From assembly GCA_045613285.1 (NCBI GenBank), contig JAZLAQ010000007.1, positions 485 to 64,484 on the forward strand: a stretch of 64,000 nt of DNA, read 5' to 3'. The first letter of the stretch is position 1. Every line of letters starts with the position of its first letter. The stretch is from Alphaproteobacteria bacterium. GTDB taxonomy: Bacteria; Pseudomonadota; Alphaproteobacteria; CAAHEQ01; UBA3637. Under the pieces are notes generated by a model that was given only the letters and a program-made list of their open reading frames with translations, was not told the DNA's origin and did not search any database. This document shows, piece by piece, positions 62,558 through 64,000 of this stretch. Made by a program: the position numbers and the translations under genes.

Positions 62558-62803
62558 ATGCTAGCAGAAACAAAACCCTATCAAAAAAAAGACTATGATT
62601 TGGGAAACGGAATTTTTTTGTCTCAACGGCAGGTGGGTGTCCTGCAACAACTGGGGTTGGGATTATCAAATAAGCAAATTGCCCATAAATTAGGTGTAGC
62701 CGAACCGACAGTTAAAATGCATGTCAGTGCATTATTACGGTCCTTTGGTGTTCAAAATCGGCTTCAAATTCTGTTAAAAGCAAAAGAAAAAGGGTTTATA
62801 TAA
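62558..62803 (+). CDS. Stand-alone LuxR-type HTH regulator
   Basis: LSQRQVGVL..L..GLSNKQIA.KL.VAEPTVKMHVS.LL..FGV.NR. Confidence 0.88.
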   Translation: MLAETKPYQKKDYDLGNGIFLSQRQVGVLQQLGLGLSNKQIAHKLGVAEPTVKMHVSALLRSFGVQNRLQILLKAKEKGFI

Positions 62804-62937
62804 TAAAAAAATAGTATAGTTTTTTCTTTGTTTTCAATGTGTTATATGATACTATATTGACAATGTCAGAAAAATATGATATAATGACATTGTATAAGGA
62901 TAAAGATCCATAACACTTTTTAACAAGGAGGTAACCC

Positions 62938-63363
62938 ATGAGTATTAAAAATTTATTAGCGGGGGCAACTTTAACCGGAGCTGTATTGTTTGGTGGTGCA
63001 GCAGAAGCGCGTCCGCATCATCATCATCATCACAAACCCAGCAAAGGTCATCAAGTTGCTGAAATTGTCCACTCTGTGGCACATGTGGTTGATGCTATAA
63101 CACCGGACGTGGTTGTAACACCAGTGACACCTGTTGTGACACCACCGACTGTGGTAACAACAACCACGACTACACCATCGACTGTGGTAACAACACCAAC
63201 ACCTGTTGTGACAACACCGACTGTAGTAACAACGACGGCACCTGTTGTTGTAACGCCAGTTATCGATCCATTGACAAAACGTCAAATTAAACGTGATATC
63301 GACCGGCGTCATGATGCTGTCCGTCGGCATATGTTAAAACATACACACAGACGTTGTCGTTAG
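62938..63363 (+). CDS. Exported His-rich, Pro/Val/Thr-repeat protein
   Basis: Signal peptide ending AEA, a His6 run and PVVTT repeats; AAGGAGG RBS; upstream TTGACA...GATATAAT element. Confidence 0.75.
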   Translation: MSIKNLLAGATLTGAVLFGGAAEARPHHHHHHKPSKGHQVAEIVHSVAHVVDAITPDVVVTPVTPVVTPPTVVTTTTTTPSTVVTTPTPVVTTPTVVTTTAPVVVTPVIDPLTKRQIKRDIDRRHDAVRRHMLKHTHRRCR

Positions 63364-63370
63364 AAGAATA

Positions 63371-63402
63371 AAAAACGCCTTGATTTTCATCAGGGCGTTT
63401 TT
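63371..63402 (+). terminator. Intrinsic terminator
   Basis: AAAAACGCCTTGAT-TTTC-ATCAGGGCGTTTTT. Confidence 0.8.
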
Positions 63403-63591
63403 CATATGTAAACATAAACGACGTATATTTCCATAACATAAGGAAATTATTGATTCCTAAAATCCGATTTACATTCGGTAGTCTTGTTACAAGTTCCGTA
63501 AATATATACCAGATCAGTAATCAACTTTATCAAAGTAACATAATTTTTTTTAGATTGCAAGTATAAAATTATTTTTTTAAAATTATTCCAC

Positions 63592-64000
63592 CGTCATTAC
63601 GAGGAGCAGAGCGACGAAGTAATCTCTTGACCTTAACCGTCATTACGAGGAGTGTAGCGACGAAGTAATCTCTTGACGCTGACGGTGTGCCTTTTATGAG
63701 ATTGCTTCACTGCGTTCGCAATGACGGGATACTTTATACAAAGACGGGGAAGGATGTTATGAGATTGCCACGGGCTAATGCCCTCGCAATGACGGAGAAG
63801 GATGTTATGAGATTGCCACGTCCTGACGGACTCGCAATGACGGGGGAGGATGTTATGAGATTGCCACGTCCTGACGGACTCGCAATGACGAAGCACTTTA
63901 TACAATGACGGGAGAAGGATGTTATGAGATTGCCACGTCCTGACGGACTCGCAATGACGGTGGACCTTATACAATGACGGGGGACTTTATACAATGACAG
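63592..64000. repeat. Cluster of CGTC-type REP/RPE-like repeats (runs off the window)
   Basis: Two CGTCATTACGAGGAG..GCGACGAAGTAATCTC units, then five GAGATTGC...CGCAATGACG units, plus short CTTTATACAATGACG-type units. Confidence 0.85.

Noticed and set aside
63110-63260. AAC/ACA-rich tract as a candidate DGR template repeat
   Set aside because: It is in-frame Thr/Val/Pro coding sequence with no similarity to the VR scaffold at 37108-37215.
63633-63994. Repeat-derived ORFs and a possible CRISPR array
   Set aside because: The linkers are short and nearly identical (GGATGTTAT) rather than unique spacers, the units are REP-type in both orientations, and there are no cas genes.

Overview
AT-rich chromosomal window from an alphaproteobacterium. 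The call rests on typical synteny (rne/amiC, lepB-rnc-era-recO, gpmI-envC-ctpA-rppH, tolC-popZ-like, recA-alaS); an uncultured host-associated lineage is likely but only inferred. Most of the window is housekeeping genes, plus tRNA-Asn and tRNA-Cys, a 1993-aa autotransporter/OMP operon, and CGTC-type palindromic repeat clusters at both ends. Two signals stand out. (1) 53350-53885 holds two tandem ~285-bp non-coding modules. Each has its own sigma70-like promoter, a target hairpin and a three-way-junction RNA whose unpaired segments are complementary only to its own upstream target. This resembles phage C4/CI antisense immunity RNAs, but with two different specificities and no prophage nearby. 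(2) 36520-37215 encodes a pilin-like, Cys-rich, C-type-lectin-like protein whose last ~35 codons look like a diversity-generating retroelement (DGR) variable region. No template repeat or reverse transcriptase is visible in the window, so it would be a remote target. Some starts were adjusted from the ORF track, and rpmG plus a 59-aa ORF missing from the track were added.
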